The notes below the pieces were generated by a model. It worked only from the letters and a program-made list of their open reading frames with translations. It searched no databases and was not told the DNA's origin. This document shows, in pieces, positions 46,265 to 55,877 of a stretch of 64,000 nucleotides of DNA (position 1 is its first letter; each line of letters begins with the position of its first letter). Source of the stretch: Clostridiales bacterium (GTDB taxonomy: Bacteria; Bacillota; Clostridia; Christensenellales; UBA1242); assembly GCA_015069395.1 (NCBI GenBank), contig SVIR01000005.1:4788-68787 (forward strand), given 5' to 3'. A program made the position numbers and the translations under genes.

Positions 46265-47169
46265 ACTTGCACCACCTTAAAACGATAACCATTTAAAAAG
46301 TCTCTTGCTTGCAATCTTTTTCCTCCTGCAACTTGGCATTCTAATATTTCAAACACGCCATCTGCTGTTTGCAACAAAAATCTCTTGTTGTCTGGTATAA
46401 CCTGTCCAACATTTGCAGATGTGTTCATATTTTCAACTCTTGCTTTATACACCTTTATCCTATCCTCCCCCAAATTGAAAAAAGCAACCGGGCTTTCACA
46501 AAAAGCTCGGACTTTGTTTGTCAACTCTCTTGCAGATTTGTTGAAGTCAAGAAGCCCGTCTTCTTTTTGAATCAATTTTACGAAAGTGGCTTTTTTATTG
46601 TCTTGGGGAGTCCTTTCTGCCATTCCATTCTCAAGATTTTTTAAAGTCTGAAGCAAAAGCTTTAACCCTATCTCAGCCAACCTATCAAGCAAAGAAACAT
46701 AATCTTCTTCAGGTAAAATTTCAACCTCTTCCTGAACAAAGATGTCTCCGTCGTCCATGCCAACTTCGGTTTTCATAACAGTCACTCCTGTGACATTATC
46801 GCCATTTAGCAGTGCCGTTTGAATAGGCGTTGCACCTCTATATTTTGGAAGCATAGAAGGGTGAACATTTATAATTGGCTTCAAATCAAGCAAAGTTTTT
46901 GGCAAAATCTTGCCATAAGAAGCTGTAACCCCCAAATCATAATCAATTTGCATAAAATCTTCAATATGTTGCGACAATTTTTCAAACTGATAAACAGGCA
47001 AACCTTTTGCTTTTGCAAACTCAACAATCTTTGGCGAAACCATTTTTTTTCCGCGTCCAGCAGGCTTATCACTTTGACAAACAACTCCTACAACTTCAAT
47101 GTTTGCATCAAGCATACCTTTTAAAATTATCTCGGCAAAACGAGGTGTTCCGAAAAACAAAACTTTCAT
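46261..47169 (-). CDS. fmt: methionyl-tRNA formyltransferase
   Basis: MKVLFFGTPRFA and INVHPSMLPKYRGATPIQ. Confidence 0.92.
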   Translation of the reverse strand: MKVLFFGTPRFAEIILKGMLDANIEVVGVVCQSDKPAGRGKKMVSPKIVEFAKAKGLPVYQFEKLSQHIEDFMQIDYDLGVTASYGKILPKTLLDLKPIINVHPSMLPKYRGATPIQTALLNGDNVTGVTVMKTEVGMDDGDIFVQEEVEILPEEDYVSLLDRLAEIGLKLLLQTLKNLENGMAERTPQDNKKATFVKLIQKEDGLLDFNKSARELTNKVRAFCESPVAFFNLGEDRIKVYKARVENMNTSANVGQVIPDNKRFLLQTADGVFEILECQVAGGKRLQARDFLNGYRFKVVQV

Positions 47170-47645
47170 TATTCAACTCCTTTTTGCTTTTTATAGGTTT
47201 TTCCTTCGTCAGTAAGATCGACAAACAACACACCGTCCAAATGATCAAGTTCGTGACAAATACATCTTGCTATATAATCTTCTGCTTCAAACTCAAACTC
47301 TTGTCCATTCCTGTCTTGTGCAACGATCTTTACATACTTAGGCCTTTCAACGTCCGTAAAAAAGTTTGGTACACTCAAACAACCTTCTGCACCTTTTACC
47401 TTTCCTTTTGTTTTTACAATTTTAGGATTGACAATCTCTAGATATTCCCCACTCTCAATTTCAATAATCACTGCTCGTCTAAGCACACCGATTTGAACAG
47501 CGGCAATACCTACACCATTTCTTTCAATCATGGTTTGTTTCATGTCATCAAGAAGTTTCGCCAAACTTTCGTCAAAATCAACAACGGGTTTAGATTTTTT
47601 TCTTAACGTGTCACTTCCGATAACAACAATTTTTCTTGTAGCCAT
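47169..47645 (-). CDS. def: peptide deformylase
   Basis: GVGIAAVQIG, EGCLSVP, HELDHLDG. Confidence 0.93.
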   Translation of the reverse strand: MATRKIVVIGSDTLRKKSKPVVDFDESLAKLLDDMKQTMIERNGVGIAAVQIGVLRRAVIIEIESGEYLEIVNPKIVKTKGKVKGAEGCLSVPNFFTDVERPKYVKIVAQDRNGQEFEFEAEDYIARCICHELDHLDGVLFVDLTDEGKTYKKQKGVE

Positions 47646-47654
47646 AATTCCTCC

Positions 47655-49898
47655 TTAACTCAAATTGTTTGGATTTATTTCAAAAAATACAGAGCTCTTT
47701 ACATTTTTATCAACACTTTTAAAAACAAGCCTTTCAATTTCGTCTGCTTTGTCAAGTTTGATACGCATCATAATCTGATATCTGAATTTGTTTTTAATTT
47801 TGTTGAGAGGTGCCTTCATAACATCTAAATACACAAACTCTTTTTCGTACTTTTCTTTTATCTCTTGCACTTTATTATAACATACTTTGCACTCTTCTGC
47901 CACTATATTTTCTTTTTCGTGAGAAAATAAAACTCTTATAATTCTCGCATAAGGAGGAAAGTTTGTAACCTTTCTCAAATTTATTTCTCTTTTGAAAAAA
48001 CCTTTATAGTCATAGTTTGTAGCAAATCGATAAACATAATGTCTTGGGCTATAAGTTTGCAAAATCACTTTGCCCTGTTTTGCACTTCTTCCTGCCCTGC
48101 CAGAAACTTGAGTGATAAGTTGAAATGTTCTTTCAATAGACCTATAATCCGACTGATACAAACTTTGATCTGCATCAACAATTCCAACAAGCAAAACATC
48201 TTCAAAATCATGTCCTTTAGCAATCATTTGAGTTCCAACCAAAATACCTGGCTTTGCATTTTTAAATTCATTTAAGATTTTTCTGTGTCCATTTTTTTGT
48301 GAGGTAGTATCATTGTCCATTCTAAAAATTTCAACCTCAGGAAATAGTTTTCGCAATTCTTCTACAACTCTCTCTGTACCAATTGCTCCTTGTTTAATAT
48401 CTCTACTTCCACAGCTTGGACAAATGTCAAGAGCTCGATAGCGTTTTCCACAATAGTGACATTTCAATTTGTTTTCATAATGGTGATAAACCAAAGAAAC
48501 ATCACAATCCGAACATTTTGCCACATAGCCACAGTCTCTACATCTTTGAAATGAAGAAAACCCTCTTCGATTTATAAAAATCATTGCTTGTTTTTTCTGT
48601 TCGACTATGTTTTTAAGTTCGTAAATGAGAGGGATAGAAAAGATTTGAGTATTGCCTTGTCTCATTTCCATTAGCATATCAACAACCAAAATCTTTGGCA
48701 TCTCCATACCGTTTACTCTTACTGGCATTTCAACAAGTTCATATTCACCATCAATTGCTTTCGCATAACTATCAATTGAAGGGGTTGCGCTACCAAGCAC
48801 AAGAGTGCAGTTGTTGAATCCTTTTCTAAACTCAGCAATCATATGTGTATCATATCTTGGGTTGCTTTCTGAAACGTAACTTTGCTCGTGCTCCTCGTCA
48901 ACAACAATTATACCCAAATTTTCTATAGGGCAGAAAATTGCCGATCTTGCTCCAACAACAACTTTCGCTTCTCCGAAGAAAATTCGCTTCCATTCGTCAA
49001 ATCTCTCTCCTGCAGAAAGTCCACTGTGAATGAGGGCGACTTCGTCTCCAAACCTTGCCTTAAAATTTGCCAGCACTTGTGGAGTAAGAGAGATTTCTGG
49101 AACTAGCATTAGTGCAGTTTTGCCAAGTTGAAGCTGACGCTCTATCAAGCTCATATAAACTTCTGTTTTTCCACTTCCTGTTACTCCATGCAAAAGATAG
49201 GTTTTATTCTGCGAAATTGTATCAACTGCTCGTTGTTGCAAATCAGTTAGAGTTTTATGGTTGTTTAAGATTTTGTCAAATGTCGGAGCTCTAAAAATTT
49301 GATTTTCATATACTTCTACAACATTTTTTTCAACCAAACTTGCAAGGGCTGATGCCCCAAATTGATTTGCCATATCAGAATATTTTTGTTCGCTATTATC
49401 TTGTAAAAAATTTATAAGTTCCCACTGTTTTTTTGCTCTTTGAGAAGGCAATTCAAAACTTTCTTTTAGTCTCACATACCTTACAATAAGTTCTTTTACC
49501 TTTCCAGTTCTCATTTCGCTAGGCAAAAAAAGTCTTAAGACGCTTGCAAGTTTGAGGTGCAATTTTTCTGCCATATGAAACATAAGTTTGAGCATTTCTG
49601 GTTTTATTACAGCAAAATCTTCTAAGGTCCTTGTAATATATTTAAGTTTGCTTTCGTCAAAGTTGCAAGTTTGAGAAATTTCTACGACAAAACCCTGAAG
49701 GTATCTTGAACCAAATGGAACTATCACTCTTTGTCCCACCAAAAGATTCATATCTTCAGGAATCTTATATTCAAAATCTCTATCCAGTGCCTTTGCATCT
49801 TGATCTATAATTACTTTTGCAAACAAACTAAAACGCTCCAAATAAAAAAATTCTACCGACTTTTTGTCGATAGAATTATAACATATCTTTTTTTTCAA
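47655..49898 (-). CDS. priA: primosomal protein N' (replication restart helicase)
   Basis: GVTGSGKTEVY, DEEHE and Cys-rich zinc region CRDCGYVAKCSDCDVSLVYHHYENKLKCHYCG. Confidence 0.92.
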   Translation of the reverse strand: MKKKICYNSIDKKSVEFFYLERFSLFAKVIIDQDAKALDRDFEYKIPEDMNLLVGQRVIVPFGSRYLQGFVVEISQTCNFDESKLKYITRTLEDFAVIKPEMLKLMFHMAEKLHLKLASVLRLFLPSEMRTGKVKELIVRYVRLKESFELPSQRAKKQWELINFLQDNSEQKYSDMANQFGASALASLVEKNVVEVYENQIFRAPTFDKILNNHKTLTDLQQRAVDTISQNKTYLLHGVTGSGKTEVYMSLIERQLQLGKTALMLVPEISLTPQVLANFKARFGDEVALIHSGLSAGERFDEWKRIFFGEAKVVVGARSAIFCPIENLGIIVVDEEHEQSYVSESNPRYDTHMIAEFRKGFNNCTLVLGSATPSIDSYAKAIDGEYELVEMPVRVNGMEMPKILVVDMLMEMRQGNTQIFSIPLIYELKNIVEQKKQAMIFINRRGFSSFQRCRDCGYVAKCSDCDVSLVYHHYENKLKCHYCGKRYRALDICPSCGSRDIKQGAIGTERVVEELRKLFPEVEIFRMDNDTTSQKNGHRKILNEFKNAKPGILVGTQMIAKGHDFEDVLLVGIVDADQSLYQSDYRSIERTFQLITQVSGRAGRSAKQGKVILQTYSPRHYVYRFATNYDYKGFFKREINLRKVTNFPPYARIIRVLFSHEKENIVAEECKVCYNKVQEIKEKYEKEFVYLDVMKAPLNKIKNKFRYQIMMRIKLDKADEIERLVFKSVDKNVKSSVFFEINPNNLS

Positions 49899-49899
49899 A

Positions 49900-50103
49900 T
49901 CAATCGTTTAAATCGCTTGGAGCAATTTTGCCTTCGTGAATTTCTTCAAGAGCAAGACTGATTGCCTTTTTATCAGCAGTAACAAGCTCATTTCTGCGCA
50001 TTGTTTCAATTTCTTTTGCTCTTTTTGAAGCCAAAATTGAAAGCACATATTTGTTTTTGCCCGCTTTAGCTGTAAGTTCGTCAATAGGTGGTTCAATCAT
50101 CAT
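49900..50103 (-). CDS. rpoZ: DNA-directed RNA polymerase subunit omega
   Basis: 67 aa. IDELTAKAGKNKYVLSILASKRAKEI. Confidence 0.8.
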   Translation of the reverse strand: MMIEPPIDELTAKAGKNKYVLSILASKRAKEIETMRRNELVTADKKAISLALEEIHEGKIAPSDLND

Positions 50104-50189
50104 AATATTTCTCTCCCAAAATTAATTTCTACCCTATTTTATCATATACTTACAAAAAAGTAAAGTGTTTTTTTTGCAAATTTAACCAA

Positions 50190-50543
50190 TCAATTTACAA
50201 AACCCAAAGAAATCAAAAGTGCACGATTGACTTCTTGCATTTTGCTGTCGTCAATAACCGTAACCTTTTCTTTTAGTCTGCGCTTATCAAGGGTGCGAAT
50301 TTGTTCTAGAAGAACAACCGAATTTTTTGGCAAGTGATAAGCCGTTGAAGAAAGCTCAATGTGAGTTGGCAATTTTGCTTTTGCGAGCTGACTTGTTATG
50401 GCAGAGACAATCACTGTTGGAGAATATTTGTTTCCAATATCGTTTTGTATAACCAATACTGGACGTATTCCGCCCTGCTCACTCCCAACAACAGGACTAA
50501 GGTCGGCAAAATATATTTCTCCCCTTTTAACTAAATTCTCCAT
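50190..50543 (-). CDS. mazF: MazF/EndoA-family mRNA interferase toxin
   Basis: [60 protein letters not shown] is nearly collinear with B. subtilis EndoA (NdoA) as I recall it. ATG at 50543 preferred. Confidence 0.9.
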   Translation of the reverse strand: MENLVKRGEIYFADLSPVVGSEQGGIRPVLVIQNDIGNKYSPTVIVSAITSQLAKAKLPTHIELSSTAYHLPKNSVVLLEQIRTLDKRRLKEKVTVIDDSKMQEVNRALLISLGFVN

Positions 50544-50769
50544 CAAACCTACCAACAAAATTTTGATAATCGATAAGGTCGGCAAGTTCTAAGTCAAAAA
50601 GTTCTTGATAAACATGCTCTAAGACCTTATGCGAAGAAGAATAATCTTCCATTCTCAGTCTATGCTTATCTTCAACTTTTGTTGTTTCTAATATATATGT
50701 TTGAAGAGGCTTTTTTCTTTCTATCTCTTCAACCTTTTTTAACAATTGACGATAAACATATTCTTGCAT
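50527..50769 (-). CDS. hypothetical protein in the antitoxin position (no recognisable MazE/RHH signature)
   Basis: 80 aa from the ATG at 50769 (GGAG 7 nt upstream). It overlaps the mazF start by 17 nt and has a helical, acidic C-terminus. Confidence 0.45.
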   Translation of the reverse strand: MQEYVYRQLLKKVEEIERKKPLQTYILETTKVEDKHRLRMEDYSSSHKVLEHVYQELFDLELADLIDYQNFVGRFDGEFS

Positions 50770-50933
50770 AATATATCTCCATTTTATCAAGGTTTTATAC
50801 TAGTTTGAGAATATGATAAAATTTTATACTTTTGTGTGCCTATACTTTTGTAGTTTTTTTGCAATTTTAAAACTGTTTCAATTTTATGTATGCCTAAATC
50901 AAAAATTTTAGAATATTAATTCAGTTTTATCAA

Positions 50934-51287
50934 TTACACTATGACAACAACAGCACCGACAACACTTTTTTGGTGTGAAATCGAAACTTCAATCTGAGAA
51001 TATTTCAACTCTTCAAATCTTTTCATAGCCTTTCCTAAAAGCTCTATAAAAGGCGCACCATTCTCTTTGTGCTTTAAGACAATTTCTTTAAAAGAAATCT
51101 CTCCTTCTTTTATATCCAAAGCTTTGAATACGGCCTCTTTTACAGACCACAAAGACGCAACCCTCTGTTTTTTTTCGTTTTTAAACTTTGAAATATAGTC
51201 AATCTCTGACTGGTTTGCAATCTTTGAAAGAAGAGCCTCTTCGTCTTTTATACGTTCAACCTCTTGCAAATCAAACCCAACTTTCAT
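50934..51287 (-). CDS. acpS: holo-[acyl-carrier-protein] synthase
   Basis: MKVGFDLQEVERI, WSVKEAVFKAL, SISHQKSVVGAVVVI. ATG at 51287 preferred over the track start. Confidence 0.8.
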   Translation of the reverse strand: MKVGFDLQEVERIKDEEALLSKIANQSEIDYISKFKNEKKQRVASLWSVKEAVFKALDIKEGEISFKEIVLKHKENGAPFIELLGKAMKRFEELKYSQIEVSISHQKSVVGAVVVIV

Positions 51288-51906
51288 TGTCTTCTCCTTT
51301 GTTTGAAAATATTTGATTGATTGCTTGTTGTGCCACACTATAATCATACCCTTTGTAGATTAAATGAGCAAGGCACTTTTGCTTGGTTTTTAGGGAAAAA
51401 TCACGATTTTTTACGAATTTTTTAGCGAGCAACAAAGCATTCTCAAATTGACTATCTTCGTCAACTTCTTCTAGGAGCGAATCAACAATGTCTTTTGAAA
51501 CTCCTTTTTGAAGAAGCTTGCTTGCAATTGCTTTTTTGCCCATACGAGAAGAAAATGAGTCAAAATAATTTTTTGCAAATTTTTCGTCATTGAGAAAATT
51601 GTATTCTTTTAGTTTTTCAATAGTTGAATCAATTGCTTTTGGCAAAAAACCTCTCTTCTTTAAATAATCTCTAAGGCCTTTTTCGCTCACTGTATATTTT
51701 TCTAAATAAGAAACGGCCATATCAAACGACAATTTTTTGTCATTTTCTTTTTTTATTTCGGCGAAAACCTCTTCGTCGATTTCTTGATTTGTTTTTAATT
51801 TATAAACTGCCAAAATCTCGTCTAAAAAGACACCTTGCCAGACTTCGTCAGCATACAAATGATATCTATTTGTTTTTGCAATTTGTTTAATTTTTGAAAT
51901 TATCAT
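51271..51906 (-). CDS. recX: regulatory protein RecX
   Basis: Three-repeat helical pattern (SEKGLRDYLKKRGF, IEKLKEYNFLNDEKFAKNY, ASKLLQKGVSKDIV). Confidence 0.7.
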   Translation of the reverse strand: MIISKIKQIAKTNRYHLYADEVWQGVFLDEILAVYKLKTNQEIDEEVFAEIKKENDKKLSFDMAVSYLEKYTVSEKGLRDYLKKRGFLPKAIDSTIEKLKEYNFLNDEKFAKNYFDSFSSRMGKKAIASKLLQKGVSKDIVDSLLEEVDEDSQFENALLLAKKFVKNRDFSLKTKQKCLAHLIYKGYDYSVAQQAINQIFSNKGEDNESWV

Positions 51907-52271
51907 TTAGCCTCCCCATTAAAGAGTTCGCTAGTAGTTTTTGTATAAGCTCTTACAAGTCCACCAGCCCCTAGTTTAATTCCTCCAAAATATCTAACTA
52001 CAAAAACACAAACATTGGTAAGTTTTTTCTTTTGTATAACGGACAGTATTGGTCTACCTGCCGTGCCACTTGGTTCTCCATCGTCAACAGCTTTTTCCAA
52101 AAATGGCAAAGAAAGAGAATAAGCATAACAAATATGCGTCGCCTTTTTATGCTCTCTTTTCAGTTCTTGCAGACCTATTTCAATCTCTTCAACGCTTTTG
52201 CAAGAAAGCAAGTACCCCAAAAATTTTGATTTTTTTTCGATTATTTCGATCGTTTTTTCAAATTTTGCCAA
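51903..52271 (-). CDS. YigZ/IMPACT-family protein, N-terminal (UPF0029) domain only
   Basis: IEKKSKFLGYL, ATHICYAY, DDGEPSGTAGRPIL, VVRYFGGIKLGAGGLVRAY. 122 aa, so it lacks the usual C-terminal domain. Confidence 0.7.
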   Translation of the reverse strand: MAKFEKTIEIIEKKSKFLGYLLSCKSVEEIEIGLQELKREHKKATHICYAYSLSLPFLEKAVDDGEPSGTAGRPILSVIQKKKLTNVCVFVVRYFGGIKLGAGGLVRAYTKTTSELFNGEAK

Positions 52272-52286
52272 TTATACAGATCCTTT

Positions 52287-53525
52287 TTAAATTAGTTGAA
52301 TTTTCAAAAAGTTTTTCTTTCCTTTCTTGAGCAAAGCTCCATCACCAATATCTTCTGCTGAAACCAGCATATCAAATCTTTCAACTTTGTTTCCTTTGAA
52401 TGTTATTGCTCCACCTTGAACAAGTCTTCTTGCTTCACTCTTTGATGGCGCAAGTCCACATTCGAACAACAAATCACAAATTCCGATTGGACATTCTGAT
52501 TTTTCAATTTCAAATATAGGAGCATCGTCTCCTCCATCTGCAAATAAGTTTTCGCTCATTTTTTGTGCAATAATAGCATCTTCTTCACCTCTTACAAACT
52601 TTGTAACTTCAAATGAAAGTGTCTTTTTAGCTCCCACAATATCTTTTTCAATCATTGTTCTAACATCTTTCATATCTACATCAGTGAAAAGAGCAAACAT
52701 CATTTCAACGCAAGCATCTGGGGTTTGATATACTCCTTGATAGAAATCGTAAGCTGAAATTTTGTCTTTGTCAATCCAAATTGCGCCTTTTTCGGTCTTA
52801 CCCATCTTTTTGCCTTCTGGAGTCATTAAGAGTGGATTTGTTGCGCCGATTAGTTGAACATCTGTTCCATTTGCATAGTTAAGTTTTCTTTGCAATTCTG
52901 TTCCTGCAACAATATTTCCCCATTGGTCTTGTCCACCATATTGTAAAACACATCCATATTTTTTGTTTAAGTGAACAAAATCATATGCTTGCATAAGCAT
53001 ATATCCCATTTCAAAGAAAGTAAGTCCTCCATTTTTCATTCTTTCAACATAAACTTCGTTTGAAAGCATTTTGTTTACGTTAAAATGAACGCCGATATCT
53101 CTCATAAAGTCTATATAATCATAGCCTTTAAACCAATCAGCATTGTTTACAATTACGGCTGGATTGTCCCCATCAAATTTTAAGAAAACCTTCAAAGTAT
53201 TTTTGATCTTTTCGATATTTTGCTCTACTTGTTCTTTCGTAAGCATCTTTCTCATTTCAACTTTTCCTGTAGGGTCTCCAACACAAGCTGTAGCTCCTCC
53301 CATAAGCAACAAAACTTTGTGTCCTGCTTGTTGAAAACGACGCAAAATGCAATAAGGCACACAGTGTCCTATATGCAAACTGTCTGCAGTTGGGTCTGTG
53401 CCTTCATACAAAGTGATTGGAGCGCCGCTTTCAAGCATTTTTTTCAATCCTTCTTCGTCAGTGCACTGATATAACAATCCTCTTTCTTTTAAAATTTCAT
53501 ACAATTTAGTATTTATTTCTGCCAT
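52287..53525 (-). CDS. tyrS: tyrosine--tRNA ligase
   Basis: HIGH motif (DSLHIGH), KMSKS-like KKMGKT, C-terminal S4-like domain. A Tyr-specific T-box lies upstream of the operon. Confidence 0.92.
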   Translation of the reverse strand: MAEINTKLYEILKERGLLYQCTDEEGLKKMLESGAPITLYEGTDPTADSLHIGHCVPYCILRRFQQAGHKVLLLMGGATACVGDPTGKVEMRKMLTKEQVEQNIEKIKNTLKVFLKFDGDNPAVIVNNADWFKGYDYIDFMRDIGVHFNVNKMLSNEVYVERMKNGGLTFFEMGYMLMQAYDFVHLNKKYGCVLQYGGQDQWGNIVAGTELQRKLNYANGTDVQLIGATNPLLMTPEGKKMGKTEKGAIWIDKDKISAYDFYQGVYQTPDACVEMMFALFTDVDMKDVRTMIEKDIVGAKKTLSFEVTKFVRGEEDAIIAQKMSENLFADGGDDAPIFEIEKSECPIGICDLLFECGLAPSKSEARRLVQGGAITFKGNKVERFDMLVSAEDIGDGALLKKGKKNFLKIQLI

Positions 53526-53536
53526 TTTTCTCTCCT

Positions 53537-53860
53537 TTATTCGTCTTTTTCGTCAACACTTTTTAAAAACAATTTCTTTTCAAAAGCACCTCGTTTTTGA
53601 CTTTTTTCAATTCTAATTTCTTCTACTTCTTTTAAGTCAATGTTTTTCAGTTTTGCAATGGCATAAACCACTTCCAACAAATCAGCAAGTTCTTCAGGCG
53701 AATCTTCCTCGATAAATTCGTTTGCCTCTTCCAAAAGTTTTTTGTGAAGCTCAAACAAATATCTTTCTGAATTAAGGGTTTCATATTCAGGATTCTCCCC
53801 TTTGCTCTCAATAATCTCTACGATTTTGTCCCTAACTAGTTTGTTGTAAAACTTTTTCAC
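53537..53860 (-). CDS. MazG-like nucleoside triphosphate pyrophosphohydrolase (PRA-PH-like small family)
   Basis: YNKLVRDKIVEIIE, EEANEF, EELADLLEVVYAI. GTG at 53860 after AGGAGA is preferred. The track start 53881 lies inside the leader terminator U-tract. Confidence 0.65.
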   Translation of the reverse strand: MKKFYNKLVRDKIVEIIESKGENPEYETLNSERYLFELHKKLLEEANEFIEEDSPEELADLLEVVYAIAKLKNIDLKEVEEIRIEKSQKRGAFEKKLFLKSVDEKDE

Positions 53861-53865
53861 ATCTC

Positions 53866-54089
53866 TCCTAACAAAAAACACGCCTCTCCTAATTTTTAGG
53901 ACGAAGCGTGCGTTCGTGGTACCACCTAAATTCAGTTGTAAAACAACCCTTGTTTGTCATTCGCTGACATATGCGCAAGACTTGAAACGAGTGTAATTCA
54001 ACAAATACAACCCAAAGTTTTTCACCAACCAACTTCTCTCTGACGGATATTGTATAAATCTACTAAGATCTTTCCACCATCTTGATTAC
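53866..54089 (-). promoter_or_regulatory. T-box riboswitch leader, Tyr (UAC) specifier
   Basis: Minus strand has AGAGA and GUUGGUUGGUGAAAA stem-I elements. The specifier context is GAAUUACAC (UAC = 53995..53993). The conserved T-box is AAUUUAGGUGGUACCACG (53932..53915). A terminator hairpin (53912..53873) plus U6 follows. Confidence 0.85.
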
Positions 54090-54095
54090 ACGAAA

Positions 54096-54124
54096 ATCTT
54101 AACAAATTATCTTTTTTTTGTCAA
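54096..54124 (-). promoter_or_regulatory. sigmaA promoter of the T-box/mazG-like/tyrS operon
   Basis: TTGACA (54124..54119), 17-nt spacer, TAAGAT (54101..54096). Confidence 0.6.
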
Positions 54125-54153
54125 GAAAATTAATAATTTTGCACCTCTTTGCT

Positions 54154-54181
54154 TTGAGAATTTTTTTTGATTTGTTATAAT
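54154..54181 (+). promoter_or_regulatory. sigmaA promoter (extended -10) of the NifU-like/GGGtGRT operon
   Basis: TTGAGA(54154-54159), 16-nt spacer, TGtTATAAT (-10 at 54176-54181). AAGGAGAAATT before the ATG at 54203. Confidence 0.6.
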
Positions 54182-54202
54182 TTAATAGTCTAAGGAGAAA
54201 TT

Positions 54203-54883
54203 ATGGAAAAAATCAAAAATTGTGTAAAAAACATAGAAGGTTTTGGTCCATCGCCTATTCCACAAGAAGGAAAATGGACTCAAGTGAAAGAAATTACTCA
54301 GATTTCAGGTTTTTCACACGGGTGTGGCACTTGTGCACCTCAACAAGGCACTTGCAAATTGACACTCAACGTTAAAAACGGAATCATTCAAGAAGCTCTT
54401 GTTGAAACTATTGGTTGCTCAGGAATGACTCATTCTGCAGCTATGGCTGGTGAAATTTTGACGGGAAAAACTTTGTTGGAAGCTCTCAATACAGACCTAG
54501 TTTGTGATGCTATCAATGATGCTATGAAAAACATCTTTGAACAACTCGTTTATGGAAGAAGTCAATCTGCATTCTCTCTCGGAGGCCTTGAAGTTGGCGC
54601 TTCTATGGAAGATTTGGGAAAACACAAAACAAGCCAAGTGGGCACAATCTTTTCTACTTTGGAAGGTGGTGTAAAATATCTAAACCTCACCGAAGGATAC
54701 ATTACAAGAATGGCCCTTGACGAAAACGACGAAGTTATTGGTTATGAATACGTAAACTTGGGATTGTTGCTCAAAAATTTGAAAGACGAAAGTTTAAACA
54801 AACAACAAGCAATAGAAAAGTCGACAAAACACTACGGTCGTTTTGAAGAAGCAAAAAAATATGTAGACCCAAGAGGTGAATAA
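54203..54883 (+). CDS. NifU/IscU-N-terminal-like Cys-containing protein, partner of the GGGtGRT protein
   Basis: SHGCGTCAP and IGCSGMTHSAAMAGEILTGKTLLEA resemble the IscU scaffold Cys pattern. Stop and next start overlap as TAATG. Confidence 0.6.
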   Translation: MEKIKNCVKNIEGFGPSPIPQEGKWTQVKEITQISGFSHGCGTCAPQQGTCKLTLNVKNGIIQEALVETIGCSGMTHSAAMAGEILTGKTLLEALNTDLVCDAINDAMKNIFEQLVYGRSQSAFSLGGLEVGASMEDLGKHKTSQVGTIFSTLEGGVKYLNLTEGYITRMALDENDEVIGYEYVNLGLLLKNLKDESLNKQQAIEKSTKHYGRFEEAKKYVDPRGE

Positions 54884-55869
54884 TGATAGACAACAACAAA
54901 TATCCGCTTATATCAAAATTATTACAAGAAAACAATTTGCAAAGCGTTGAAGATGCGAAAGGTTTTTGTTTAAAAAATGGCATCGACGTTGAAAAGATTG
55001 TTAGAGAAATTCAACCAATCTGCTTTGATAGCGCCGTTGACGCTTATGCTCTTGGAACAGCAATTGCTTTGAAATCAACTTGTGCTTCTGCAAGTGAATA
55101 TGCAGAAAAAATTGGAGAAGGATTGCAAGCTTATTGTTTAAAAGGATCCGTTGCAGACGAAAGACAAATTGGTCTTGGACACGGACGTCTCGCCGGCAGG
55201 CTTTTAGACGAAGAAACAAAATGTTTCTGTTTCTTAGCTGGACACGAGAGCTTTGCTGCTGCAGAAGGAGCTATGGGAATCGCTCGAACAGCAAACAAAA
55301 TCAGAAAAACTCCTCTCAAGGTCATTTTGAATGGTCTTGGAAAAGATGCTGCTTATGTTATCGCAAGAATCAATGGATTTACTTTTGTAAACACTGTGTT
55401 TGACAAAGAAGAACAAAAATTGAAAGTCTTAGGTGAAAAAGCTTTTTCAAAAGGCGAAAGAGCAGACGTAAAGATTTATGGCTCTTATGATGTAAGCGAA
55501 GGCGTAGCTATTATGCAACACGAAGCAGTTGATGTTTCTATCACAGGAAATTCCACAAACCCAACTCGTTTCCAACACCCTGTAGCAGGGACTTACAAAA
55601 AATGGTGCTATGAAAACGGCAAAAAATATTTTTCTGTTGCTTCTGGTGGTGGCACAGGAAGAACTCTTCACCCAGACAATATGAGATGTGGCCCTGCAAG
55701 TTATGGAATGACCGACACTCTCGGAAGAATGCATTGCGACGCTCAATTTGCTGGAAGTTCGTCAGTGCCTGCCCACGTAGCTATGATGGGATTTATAGGA
55801 ATGGGAAACAACCCAATGGTTGGTGCTACGGTTTCTTTGGCTGTTGCAGTTTCTTTGGCTAAGAAATAA
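54883..55869 (+). CDS. GGGtGRT family protein (function unknown)
   Basis: Contains the eponymous motif SGGGTGRTLHPDN. 328 aa. Confidence 0.75.
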   Translation: MIDNNKYPLISKLLQENNLQSVEDAKGFCLKNGIDVEKIVREIQPICFDSAVDAYALGTAIALKSTCASASEYAEKIGEGLQAYCLKGSVADERQIGLGHGRLAGRLLDEETKCFCFLAGHESFAAAEGAMGIARTANKIRKTPLKVILNGLGKDAAYVIARINGFTFVNTVFDKEEQKLKVLGEKAFSKGERADVKIYGSYDVSEGVAIMQHEAVDVSITGNSTNPTRFQHPVAGTYKKWCYENGKKYFSVASGGGTGRTLHPDNMRCGPASYGMTDTLGRMHCDAQFAGSSSVPAHVAMMGFIGMGNNPMVGATVSLAVAVSLAKK

Positions 55870-55877
55870 TTAAAAAA

